Virus record (IMG/VR): IMGVR_UViG_3300025030_000061 | Span: 31,052 to 95,051 of that record | DNA length: 64,000 bases | Direction: 5' to 3' (one strand) | Origin: a virus | Shown: one piece after another, positions 55,228-63,609 of the stretch | Layout: every line of letters begins with the position of its first letter | Position numbering within the stretch: position 1 is the stretch's first letter | Program-made: the position numbers and the translations under genes | The notes under the pieces: model-generated | What the model was told of the DNA's origin: nothing | Databases searched by the model: none | Seen by the model: only the letters and a program-made list of their open reading frames with translations

Positions 55228-56454
55228 TTAACTCTTTTTCTTCGCCCAGGGCTCGTGCCCGGTGTATGGGTATGGTCCCAGACAAGCGCACCAGGGGTGC
55301 ATGAGCCCGGCGACCGCCTTCATGGTGGATGCTCCGTCGTCTCTCCCTCCCAGAGCCACCTTGCCGCCTCGGATCGGGTGCGGCTTCCTGCCGATGTTCG
55401 TTGCGTTTCGGATCAGCGTAGAGAGCTTGAAGACCCTGGGGGTCTTGCCGTCGGGCAGGAGGTATGCGTACTTGCATTGGGCGCAGGCGGTCCCCAGGGG
55501 CATCTTGTAGACCGGCTTATCCACGTCTCCGTCGGCCATGAGGGCGTGCGCCATTCCCTGCTTCTGGGCGTCGGTGATCTCGTAGTATGCGACTCGGTCC
55601 CAATCCCTGGCCTTATCTTCCATGGTGCGGTGCAGCTCGCTGGCGAACTGCTGCCACGTCTCCACAGGCCGGGCCGGCGTGGGGATCCCCAGCGCTGCCT
55701 TGCGCTCCTGGTCGAGCACCGTCCTGGTGAGCGTCCTGGCGTGGAAGTCGATCGCCATCTCCCGGACCGTCTCGGCCTGCTGCTTCGCCCAGGCTTCCCC
55801 CACTCGGGTGGCGAGGTCAGCGGCGTTATTCGTGATGTAGTTGGCGGTCTGCTGCTCCGCGATGGCGATTGCGTGCAGGTCCGGCGCCAGGATGTGAGCG
55901 TACCGGGCCATATCCATGACATCGGCGAAGCTCTTGCCGCTCTCCACGACCTGGATCATCTTGCCCATGAGGAAGGCGCTGCGGATGAAGTGCAGGTCTG
56001 CCGGCACGCCAAGGGCGAACGTCTCGGGGGTTATGTCCTGGGAGACGAGGCCCAGGCGCTTCCAGCGCTCCAGCAGGTCCTCGGGGGGCTGGTACCCTTC
56101 GGATTGGAGCTGGGCCGCAATGAATCCGTAGCGGTCGTTAATGGCGAGCTGCAGGCGCCGCAGTTGCTCGGTGGTCAGCGGTTCCCTGGCGGCGCTGGCC
56201 TTGGCGATCGCGCTGGTGGCGATCTCCTGGTGGTAACGCTCTATGTCCGTCTGGGCTGCCTGGAACTCGGCCAACATCCGGTGGTAGAGTTCCTTTGTGG
56301 CGCGGGTGCGGGGGACCTTCGGACGGTTGTCGCATCCTACCGCCTTCTGCAGTTCCTCGATCACGTCGTCCTGGATCCCGCTCGCCGCAGCCATCCCGGT
56401 GATGGCCTTGCAGAGTTCTTCCCCGGTGAGGTTATGCTCGACCTTGAGCTCCAT
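55228..56454 (-). CDS. MuF/gp7-like minor head protein
   Basis: RDWDRVAYYE...ACAQC...HPWCAC. Also LCKA, LQKA and IAKA motifs. Confidence 0.78.
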   Translation of the reverse strand: MELKVEHNLTGEELCKAITGMAAASGIQDDVIEELQKAVGCDNRPKVPRTRATKELYHRMLAEFQAAQTDIERYHQEIATSAIAKASAAREPLTTEQLRRLQLAINDRYGFIAAQLQSEGYQPPEDLLERWKRLGLVSQDITPETFALGVPADLHFIRSAFLMGKMIQVVESGKSFADVMDMARYAHILAPDLHAIAIAEQQTANYITNNAADLATRVGEAWAKQQAETVREMAIDFHARTLTRTVLDQERKAALGIPTPARPVETWQQFASELHRTMEDKARDWDRVAYYEITDAQKQGMAHALMADGDVDKPVYKMPLGTACAQCKYAYLLPDGKTPRVFKLSTLIRNATNIGRKPHPIRGGKVALGGRDDGASTMKAVAGLMHPWCACLGPYPYTGHEPWAKKKS

Positions 56455-58010
56455 TATTTCAGCAGCTCGTCAGCCGCGGTCTGTACTTCGGAGACCGCCT
56501 TCTTCAGATCGTCCTTGTCGCCGCCAGGCTCCTCTCCGCCGGGTTTGTGCTCGGCAGCCTCCTGCTGGGCGGTTTCGCCGGCTTCGTGCGCAGCATCCTC
56601 GTGTTTTTTCCCCTCAAGGAGATGCGTGTGGAGGGCTCCGAAGTGCTTAGCATTGCCGTCCTCCCCTTTATGGCTGTTCCATGCTGCCTGGTGGGCTTCT
56701 GCTGCCTTTTTGTGGGCGGATGCGGCCGTCTGGTGGTCTTCGGCCGTGCCCGTCTTCCTGGCGGTCCTGCTGGCCTTGTTTGCTTCTTTGGTGAGCGCGT
56801 GGGCCTGCCGGCTATCCTCGTGCTCCTTGACGGCCGTGCCATCCTGCTTCGTGTAGCCGGTGACGTGGCTTTTCAGCAGTTCGGCTGCCATGGCGCCGAG
56901 TGCGACCGCTTTACTGAGGTCTTTGTGCATGGTGGGGCTCCCTTGATCAAGGTATCTGGAATAAACTTCTGAAAGATCTAGTTCCTGCTTCAGCACGGTG
57001 GCGACCTTCTCGTGCCTGTTGTTGCCGGCGACGTCATGGCCGTAGAGCTTCGAGCGCAGGATGTTACCGTCTGCTGATATGTCTGGGATGTGGCCGGAGG
57101 CATTGACCGCCTCGATCCTGGGCGCCAGGGTGACCTCCGCGACCGCTCCCAGGAAGTGTACTCGCGGTGGTTTGATCTCCCGGAGAAACTCTATCAATTC
57201 CTGGTTCGAGACGGCCTCCTCCTGGGATGGGATACCTACCACGAAGCGGTCGACGCCGATAATGCCGACTATCTCCCGGTAAGCGTCTGCCAGCGTCTTT
57301 GCTCCTACCTGCAGGGGCACGATGCAATTCGGGTTGAACTGGATCTGGCCGCTGATCCAGTCCCGGTGTTTCCGGTAAAGGTCCGCAGTCCCCTCCTGGT
57401 CCCCGATGATGTCCGGCATGACGAAGTACGGCGGGGTGATGGGCTCCTCGGCAGGGTTCGCTTCCTCGATGGCGTCCATCACGGCGTCGTATTTAGCCAG
57501 GACCTTCTCGAAGTCCATGGTCTTCCACTCTGGCGCCTCGTTGGCTCCCATGAGGGATAGCTGCTGTGCGGTCTGGTGGCTCTTGAGGTTCTTTCTGAAC
57601 AGCGAGAAGGCGCCGGAGTCGATGAAGACCCTAGCTCGGTGGTTCACGATTCCATTTGCTAATGCCTTCATCGCGGGCGCGGTCAGGAGGCCTATGTCGA
57701 TGCCTAATCCCACCTTACCGCTGTCTGCCAGGACGCTGGTCCCCGCCTTCAGTTCGGTGATGCTGGTCATCCCCGATGAAAACCTGGTGATTGATGCGAG
57801 GTTCACCTTCGGTGCGGTCACCTGCTGGGCCGACCGTACAATGTGAGTGCCTCTCGCCTGGATGTGGCTCACCGTCCCCGCGGCGTTACGACGTTCGTAT
57901 GCGGTGTGGTGAGGGTCATGGCTCGCCGAAAAGTCGAAGCCCTGTTGGCTTTTACGGAGGCTGCTGCTTGCGGTCGTGCAGTCTGTTATGGCGTTGGCGA
58001 GTTCGTTCAT
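56454..58010 (-). CDS. head cargo protein with TGT/DpdA-like (queuine tRNA-ribosyltransferase fold) domain
   Basis: FIDSGAFS, MPDIIGD, VPLQ, VGIP, VHFLG, ISADG. Tagged termini (LRKSQ, LLKSH). Confidence 0.65.
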   Translation of the reverse strand: MNELANAITDCTTASSSLRKSQQGFDFSASHDPHHTAYERRNAAGTVSHIQARGTHIVRSAQQVTAPKVNLASITRFSSGMTSITELKAGTSVLADSGKVGLGIDIGLLTAPAMKALANGIVNHRARVFIDSGAFSLFRKNLKSHQTAQQLSLMGANEAPEWKTMDFEKVLAKYDAVMDAIEEANPAEEPITPPYFVMPDIIGDQEGTADLYRKHRDWISGQIQFNPNCIVPLQVGAKTLADAYREIVGIIGVDRFVVGIPSQEEAVSNQELIEFLREIKPPRVHFLGAVAEVTLAPRIEAVNASGHIPDISADGNILRSKLYGHDVAGNNRHEKVATVLKQELDLSEVYSRYLDQGSPTMHKDLSKAVALGAMAAELLKSHVTGYTKQDGTAVKEHEDSRQAHALTKEANKASRTARKTGTAEDHQTAASAHKKAAEAHQAAWNSHKGEDGNAKHFGALHTHLLEGKKHEDAAHEAGETAQQEAAEHKPGGEEPGGDKDDLKKAVSEVQTAADELLK

Positions 58011-60358
58011 TTTGTCTCTGAGACATCCTCGCCCATGTCCTTTAGCCGCTCGACGATCGCTTTGGCGTGCCCTGCGCTGGGGTATTGGTGCAGTTCGTGG
58101 ATCATCTGTTCCACCTCGGCACGGTGCTGCTGCATCTGCGGGTGAGCGAGGAGCCCGGTGGCTGCCGCGTCGACCTGGGTGATGAGGTGCGCGATCTCGG
58201 GGGCTACCGAAACTACAGCGCCTTGGTGTTTGGGGTACGGGTTGTCTATTGGGCTGCCATCAGATTTCGTGTCTCCACTCCAACCATGGTGCCATGCCAT
58301 GTTCTCGAATGTTTCATCCGTGTATGGGTTAGCTCTCTCTGACTTACCTGCCGATTTGGCGGCTTTACCTTCTTCATATTTTTGATGCCTTGTATCGGGC
58401 CTACCGTGGAGCAGCGGTGCCGCATCTTCGCCCTGGATGGTGATCTCCTGTTTTTTGCCGCTGCTCCAGACCAGTTCGGTCTTGTCGCCGGCCTTGAGGT
58501 CGCCGAGGAAGTCTTCGGTGTAGGCCTCCCGCGACTCGATGATCTTCTTGATGTCGGCGGTGGTCATGCTGTTCGGCGCGGGGTAGGTGGGGCGCTGCGG
58601 GATCCTGTACCCGGCGTCCACTTTTGCCTCCTGGACGGCAACCGGCTGTTCATCCTCGGCTGCTGCTTTCCTTCGGGCGATCTCGTTGCCGACCTGGGCA
58701 AGCATAGCGTTGTCCCCGCTGTTAGCGAGTCCAGTCACCAGTTGGTGCAGTCCTTCGTCGGGGACCAGGTGGAGGTTGGCAATCGGGCCTCCCGCTGGCG
58801 CCGTGCCGCTTCCTTCTAGCTCGCTGATGTGCCGGTTCAGCATCCCTCCGACCTCGTCCGCTCCCCGCTTTCCGAGGCGCTCGTGGCCCTGGTACTTGAG
58901 GATGTTCTTCGCCGTCTGCAGGTACTTCTCCGGGGTGCTGTAGTCGGGATGGTCGGTGCTGATGCCGAGCCCTCCGCGGCCTCGCTTGTCGTGCTTCTCG
59001 AAGGCGTCGTGCAGTTCCTTCACCATTGCATGGTGGTCCTGGGGTTGGGTCGGGGCTCCCTTCGCCTGGATCTGGCTAGTGGTGCCTCTCGCATTGGTAC
59101 GGGTGTACGCTGCGTGATGCGGGTTCGAAGTCGCGGTTGCCGGGGCTGCGAAGTCAAAGCCCATCTGCGACTTTCTGAGGAGGTCCGGTCCCGTCTGTGC
59201 CGCGTCCTCGATGGCCTTCAAGAGTTCTTCTATCTTGTTCATGGTGATGTCCTCCTGTCGACTATAAGGCGACGGCGCAGAATGATAGATCGCTTTTTTA
59301 AACTTGCCGGGTCTATAGCTTGGGTTCTTCCCAGCCTCTTTGTCTCTGTGATATCGTTTTAGTGCAAGTTCATTTTCTCTTTGGCGTCGGTCCTCGCTTT
59401 TATACTTTTGAAGCCCGCTATACTTAAAGTTTTTTACCGCACTGCTGCCACCTACATCTTCTTCTGAAACTATTTTAAATGTCCATCCTCTTGCATGGCA
59501 GTACTCCGTTGCTGCTTGCCATTTTGTTTGGTTTATTGCGTAGTCGTGTTCGCATTTCCATTTAACTTCTTCGATTTCTTTACGTCCATCGTTGTATTCC
59601 ACTAAAAAGTCGGGAAGGTATCTGCGGTCCCCATATTTTATTATGGGCACATTTTTGGTCCAGGTCTTGACTGTACCGTCCGCGTCCAGCTGCTGCATGC
59701 GGAGAATTTCTGTTATTGATCCTGCATGTTCCCACAGGCCTGTTTTGGTTGATTGCCACCAGCCTTTAATGCCGCGTGGGGTATAGTTCTTTTTTGCCTT
59801 GATCGCAGACGCTTCGCTCTGTGTTCTGAGCGCGCCTGCCTTTTTTACCTGGCCAGCCACCGAACCTGTACTGGTATTCAAACGCTTACCGATCTCGGTT
59901 GGAGACATTTGATCTTCTGTATAAAGCCTCACCATTTCATTCTGCAAATCTAGTGGGATCTTCATGGAACGTATGAGTCCTTCATTCCGCATCCATCGAA
60001 TTACCGTGGTCTGCGGAATGCCCATTTCATCCGCTATTTGCTTTGTAGATTTTCCCTCTTTGTAGCGCTGTGCAACTTCTTCTTTATCGCCTCGTTCTCT
60101 TAAAGGGACATTGTATCTTGTCAGGATGCTTCTTACTCCATTTGCGGAGCAGGAATGTTTCTCCGCTATTTGTGGTAATGTCAATTTGCTGTTTTTATAC
60201 TGTTGGATAATCGAGTTGGTAGTTTCTTCGCTCAGATAGTGTTTATTTGCAGGGTTCTCCCTTCCGCGTGAGTCTTCGTGTGCGGTTACTATATTCCCGT
60301 TCTTTTTTGTGTATGCCTTGATATGGCTCTTGAGCAAATGCACCAGATTACTCCCCAA
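58007..60358 (-). CDS. head cargo fusion: HTH repeats, TnsA-like endonuclease and C-terminal modules (internal start at 59242)
   Basis: Three HTHs, RYLPDFLVEY...EEVK...KWQAATEYC, internal AGGAGG-ATG MNKIEELLKA, RMF-like YEEG...NPY...WHHGW. Confidence 0.72.
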   Translation of the reverse strand: MGSNLVHLLKSHIKAYTKKNGNIVTAHEDSRGRENPANKHYLSEETTNSIIQQYKNSKLTLPQIAEKHSCSANGVRSILTRYNVPLRERGDKEEVAQRYKEGKSTKQIADEMGIPQTTVIRWMRNEGLIRSMKIPLDLQNEMVRLYTEDQMSPTEIGKRLNTSTGSVAGQVKKAGALRTQSEASAIKAKKNYTPRGIKGWWQSTKTGLWEHAGSITEILRMQQLDADGTVKTWTKNVPIIKYGDRRYLPDFLVEYNDGRKEIEEVKWKCEHDYAINQTKWQAATEYCHARGWTFKIVSEEDVGGSSAVKNFKYSGLQKYKSEDRRQRENELALKRYHRDKEAGKNPSYRPGKFKKAIYHSAPSPYSRQEDITMNKIEELLKAIEDAAQTGPDLLRKSQMGFDFAAPATATSNPHHAAYTRTNARGTTSQIQAKGAPTQPQDHHAMVKELHDAFEKHDKRGRGGLGISTDHPDYSTPEKYLQTAKNILKYQGHERLGKRGADEVGGMLNRHISELEGSGTAPAGGPIANLHLVPDEGLHQLVTGLANSGDNAMLAQVGNEIARRKAAAEDEQPVAVQEAKVDAGYRIPQRPTYPAPNSMTTADIKKIIESREAYTEDFLGDLKAGDKTELVWSSGKKQEITIQGEDAAPLLHGRPDTRHQKYEEGKAAKSAGKSERANPYTDETFENMAWHHGWSGDTKSDGSPIDNPYPKHQGAVVSVAPEIAHLITQVDAAATGLLAHPQMQQHRAEVEQMIHELHQYPSAGHAKAIVERLKDMGEDVSETK

Positions 60359-62033
60359 TGGTTATGTGGAGATATTTTTTTTCTCTCTGATTTTGCTTGG
60401 GCTGCTGTGACTTTTGCATTGAGTCATCTTCTTCTTGATCCTGCTGGTCCTGCTGGTCCTGCTGTTCCATCATGTTAAAAGTATTTATATAATTTGGGAT
60501 CGCGACATCTGCCGGAAAATTCCAGGGGTTAGTATCTGCTCCTTCTTCTTTTTTAACTGGTCCAATAGGGTCAAGCCCTTCTTCCATCCTAGCCTCATTT
60601 CTAGTCATCCATTTAGAGACTCGTGAGGTTCTGACGGCTACTGTTTCTTGTTCGTCATCGGGGTTGAGTCCTACAAGTATCAGTTTCAGATCGTCGTATC
60701 TGGGTTTGATTATGCAATACGTTAGCCACTCACAGAGGTCTGTTAGCGATGGGATGAGGCCGCGTTCCTTGCTGAATTCTATCTCGTCCGACGGGTTGTG
60801 CCCGCCGAGCCCGCTCTGGCCGCTGGTGCCGGCGTAGGTGGAGAGGTTGAGTGTGCTGGGGTGGGCGCCGTAGGCCGCTGCCTTCAGGTTAATCGCCAGC
60901 TCTATCATCTGGTCGAATAGCATGTCCTTCGGGCTTTCGCGCAGTTTGACGCTCTTGACCTCGAAGCCTTCCTTGTCGCCGGAGGGGATTACAGGGAGGC
61001 GCCAGTTGCTGCCAATCCCGCCGGCTTCGGCTAGTATCTGCTGCTTGAATGCGGCGAGGCCTTCCTTATCGTAGTCCCCGGAAACGGTCAGGATTTGCTC
61101 CGGGTAGTTCGTGCGGAACATCTCCCGGTTGTACGTCCATGCCATAAGGAGGGTGGTGGTGATGTCGAGGGAAAGTTCCAGGCGACTCTCGCCGTACCCG
61201 AAGCGGTTGAGCTGGTCGCTCGGGTTGCTGATGTGGACGCTGATCTCGTCAGGGAGGAATGCCGCGGTGATCTGGCCGTCGATCAGCTGAACGTGGGAGC
61301 ACCTGGCGAGGTCGAATCCGGAGGCCTGGGATGCTCGCTCCATTCTGAATCCGTCGTCCTTCCGGTTCTTCTCGTTTTTCTGGGCCCAGGCGCGGATCGC
61401 CTCGTCGACGTTTTTGACGCTCTCCCCGGGGAGCCAGTGGAAGGCAGAGTATCCCTGTCCGTCGCGCCGCTTGTACCGGAGGAGAACCTTTCGGTCTATG
61501 ATCAGCTCGGCGCGGGTGAGGATGCCGACCAGGTCCTTCAGTCCGGTGTGCGGTCGGACCTTCTGAGGGTAGATGTCGAGGTACGGTTCCGGCGTCGGGT
61601 CGGAGAGCAGTTCCTCCATCTCGCGGCAGCGCTCGTCGTCTCCCTTGGTCACCTTATAGTTCTTGTCATCGTGGCGCTTGTGGACGACGCGAAAGCCGAC
61701 CTCTTTGCTTTTCCCCTCGTTGGCCTGCTGCCAGATGCGCTTCTGCTGGTCGATCCTGGCGCGGATCAGAATGGAATCGACGAAGGATTGCCGAGCGGCT
61801 TCATACAATATACTGAATTGTGGGGTACCTTGAGGTTTCTCTCGTGCTCCGTATGCCACCATATTCTGCGCCAGGGCGTAGGTGGAGAAGAAGGAGGCCT
61901 TGTTGTCTTCCTTCTGCATCTTCTTCGCTTCGGACTTGACGAGGTGCTCGATGGATCGGGCCGGCACGATTAGGCCGGCCGGTGTCTCTATCGGGTCGTT
62001 GAGGAAGTCTGAGGTTTTGGGGAGGTGAATCAT
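60348..62033 (-). CDS. portal protein
   Basis: FGYGESRLE, YNREMF, WRLPVI, KDMLF, SKERGLIP, MTRNEARMEEGLDPI. Start after GGAGGG. Confidence 0.9.
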   Translation of the reverse strand: MIHLPKTSDFLNDPIETPAGLIVPARSIEHLVKSEAKKMQKEDNKASFFSTYALAQNMVAYGAREKPQGTPQFSILYEAARQSFVDSILIRARIDQQKRIWQQANEGKSKEVGFRVVHKRHDDKNYKVTKGDDERCREMEELLSDPTPEPYLDIYPQKVRPHTGLKDLVGILTRAELIIDRKVLLRYKRRDGQGYSAFHWLPGESVKNVDEAIRAWAQKNEKNRKDDGFRMERASQASGFDLARCSHVQLIDGQITAAFLPDEISVHISNPSDQLNRFGYGESRLELSLDITTTLLMAWTYNREMFRTNYPEQILTVSGDYDKEGLAAFKQQILAEAGGIGSNWRLPVIPSGDKEGFEVKSVKLRESPKDMLFDQMIELAINLKAAAYGAHPSTLNLSTYAGTSGQSGLGGHNPSDEIEFSKERGLIPSLTDLCEWLTYCIIKPRYDDLKLILVGLNPDDEQETVAVRTSRVSKWMTRNEARMEEGLDPIGPVKKEEGADTNPWNFPADVAIPNYINTFNMMEQQDQQDQQDQEEDDSMQKSQQPKQNQREKKYLHITIGE

Positions 62034-62040
62034 TATTGGT

Positions 62041-62104
62041 CCCTCCAATCGGGCAATTGGAGGGAGTATGAACGATTGTGTAGCGCATATCAATTATTTT
62101 GCCC
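62041..62104 (-). promoter_or_regulatory. class B promoter TTGATA-N17-CATACT plus RBS-occluding hairpin
   Basis: ggcaaaataa TTGATA tgcgctacacaatcgtt CATACT, then CCCTCCAAT-tgcccg-ATTGGAGGG. Confidence 0.72.
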
Positions 62105-62117
62105 GAATGGACGGGCG

Positions 62118-62705
62118 CTAGGTTACCTGGTGCTGCCCGCAGTTCAGCCAGTCCTGGGGATAGACAGGGCAGGTCTTGTTCGCCTTGCTGCAGGTGCTGC
62201 AGTCTGTCCTTCCCGGTTCGTCTTGCGAATTGCTAATCTGGTACCTGTACCCGATGTTGGCAAGTCCGCTTGCTTTCCGATCTTCCAGGTCGGCGATTGC
62301 CTCGGCCTCGGTGCAGTGGTCGTATGCTCCGGCGTAGGCGTCGTATGCCCAGACGTGGAGGAACCAGTTTCTGGGAAGTCCGATCTGCCGGTACTCGATG
62401 CTGGTACCGTTGTTCTGATGATGCTTGATGCCCTCCATCATGCCGGGGGTGATACCAAGGTCGGCGTAAATCACGGCAGCATGTGCTACCTTGCTCCAGG
62501 CGAGCCCTGCTAGGATACCAAGTCGACGTTCCTCGGGGACCTCGTCGCGCAGTACTCCTGGTTGGGTAAATAAAAGGTGACTTGCCAGAGGGCTCTCTCC
62601 ACGTATCAGTGAGTCACGCAGGGCTCTCCTGGTGTAGGCGACATTGCGGGCGAGTTCCTCGGGTGTGCTGCCTGCGTAGGGGCTCTCTATAATCACGAGT
62701 CTCAT
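62118..62705 (-). CDS. nucleoside 2-deoxyribosyltransferase-like protein (DUF7768-like)
   Basis: VIIESPYAG...GESPLASHLLF...ERRLGI...DLGITPGM. Confidence 0.75.
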   Translation of the reverse strand: MRLVIIESPYAGSTPEELARNVAYTRRALRDSLIRGESPLASHLLFTQPGVLRDEVPEERRLGILAGLAWSKVAHAAVIYADLGITPGMMEGIKHHQNNGTSIEYRQIGLPRNWFLHVWAYDAYAGAYDHCTEAEAIADLEDRKASGLANIGYRYQISNSQDEPGRTDCSTCSKANKTCPVYPQDWLNCGQHQVT

Positions 62706-63148
62706 AATGGTGTGACCTCCTGGTATCTGCTGCATGTGGCACCATCCGCTAAAAGTCCGCTGTGTTGTAGCTCACAGGGTCCGTCGTCTGGGGCGCAGCT
62801 GTCGCAGAGCGATTTAGTTCGTGGCCGTTCCGGTTGGGTGCCGTACCACTTCGGCAGCTTGGCGAGTTTGTGGGCTCTCCCTTTCTCGATTCCCTCCCTG
62901 GTGACGGTCCCTCTGGCGACGAGTATGTCTATCATGGCGACGAGGTGTCCCAGCTCCTCCTCGAGGGCGGCTCGGTTGCTATGGCCGCGCTCGGGGTAGG
63001 TATCGTCGAGGCCGAACCTGACCGCCTTCGCCTTGATCTTGATCACGTCGGTGAGGTCCTTGACGAATCCGGTCAGCTCCTCGATCGTCTCGGCGCATTC
63101 CTCGGCCAGTATTTCCAGGTTGAGGGCCTGGTCCTTAAATTGTTGCAT
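62702..63148 (-). CDS. MazG-like all-alpha NTP pyrophosphatase
   Basis: LAEECAE...KAVRFG...LEEELGHLVAMI. Confidence 0.65.
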   Translation of the reverse strand: MQQFKDQALNLEILAEECAETIEELTGFVKDLTDVIKIKAKAVRFGLDDTYPERGHSNRAALEEELGHLVAMIDILVARGTVTREGIEKGRAHKLAKLPKWYGTQPERPRTKSLCDSCAPDDGPCELQHSGLLADGATCSRYQEVTPL

Positions 63149-63362
63149 GGTGCTCCTCCTGTGGTGTGGCGCTGCAGCTGCATGGCTTGTCTCCGAACAC
63201 CTGGTGGCAGGCGCAGGTGATGGTGTGCCCTTCCTTCTGGTGCAGTCGGTCGTATCTGGCGAGCCGACCGTGCGTCTCCTGGTCCTTCGGATTGTCGCAG
63301 GGCTCGGCGGCTGCCTTCACGTACAGGGCGTGCAGTTTGTCGAATTCCTCCTGGAAGCCCAT
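63135..63362 (-). CDS. small hypothetical protein
   Basis: GGAGG RBS, Cys-rich C-terminus. Confidence 0.5.
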   Translation of the reverse strand: MGFQEEFDKLHALYVKAAAEPCDNPKDQETHGRLARYDRLHQKEGHTITCACHQVFGDKPCSCSATPQEEHHATI

Positions 63363-63365
63363 CGG

Positions 63366-63608
63366 TTAGCGCCTCCGGTTCAGCGGGGATTCGGCTAGGC
63401 GCGTCAGGTCCCATGCGATCATATTCCCGCAACTTCCGCAGCGGAAGCCGTAGGCCTTCCGGTCCATCCGGCGCATGGTGTCGCAAGTCAGGCAGTACGG
63501 CTCCCATCCGTCGTACCAGGTCCCCATCTTCGCCTGGCGCAGCATGGCGTCCTTCGTCTCGGGGGGGAGGGCGCTGCTCTCCGCCACCGTCCAGGGTGTC
63601 TCCCTCAT
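63366..63608 (-). CDS. small Zn-ribbon protein
   Basis: CLTC...CGSC. Confidence 0.55.
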   Translation of the reverse strand: MRETPWTVAESSALPPETKDAMLRQAKMGTWYDGWEPYCLTCDTMRRMDRKAYGFRCGSCGNMIAWDLTRLAESPLNRRR

Positions 63609-63609
63609 C

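Noticed and set aside
55215-55235. TCATTC after the Cys-rich gene as a class A motif
   Set aside because: It lacks GGTCTTT at +8 and lies between convergent genes.
55180-56856. 558-aa ORF on the + strand
   Set aside because: Antisense shadow of the MuF gene.
60436-60466. Short tandem repeat (QQDQQDQQD) in the portal tail
   Set aside because: In-frame low-complexity coding repeat with no sign of phase variation.
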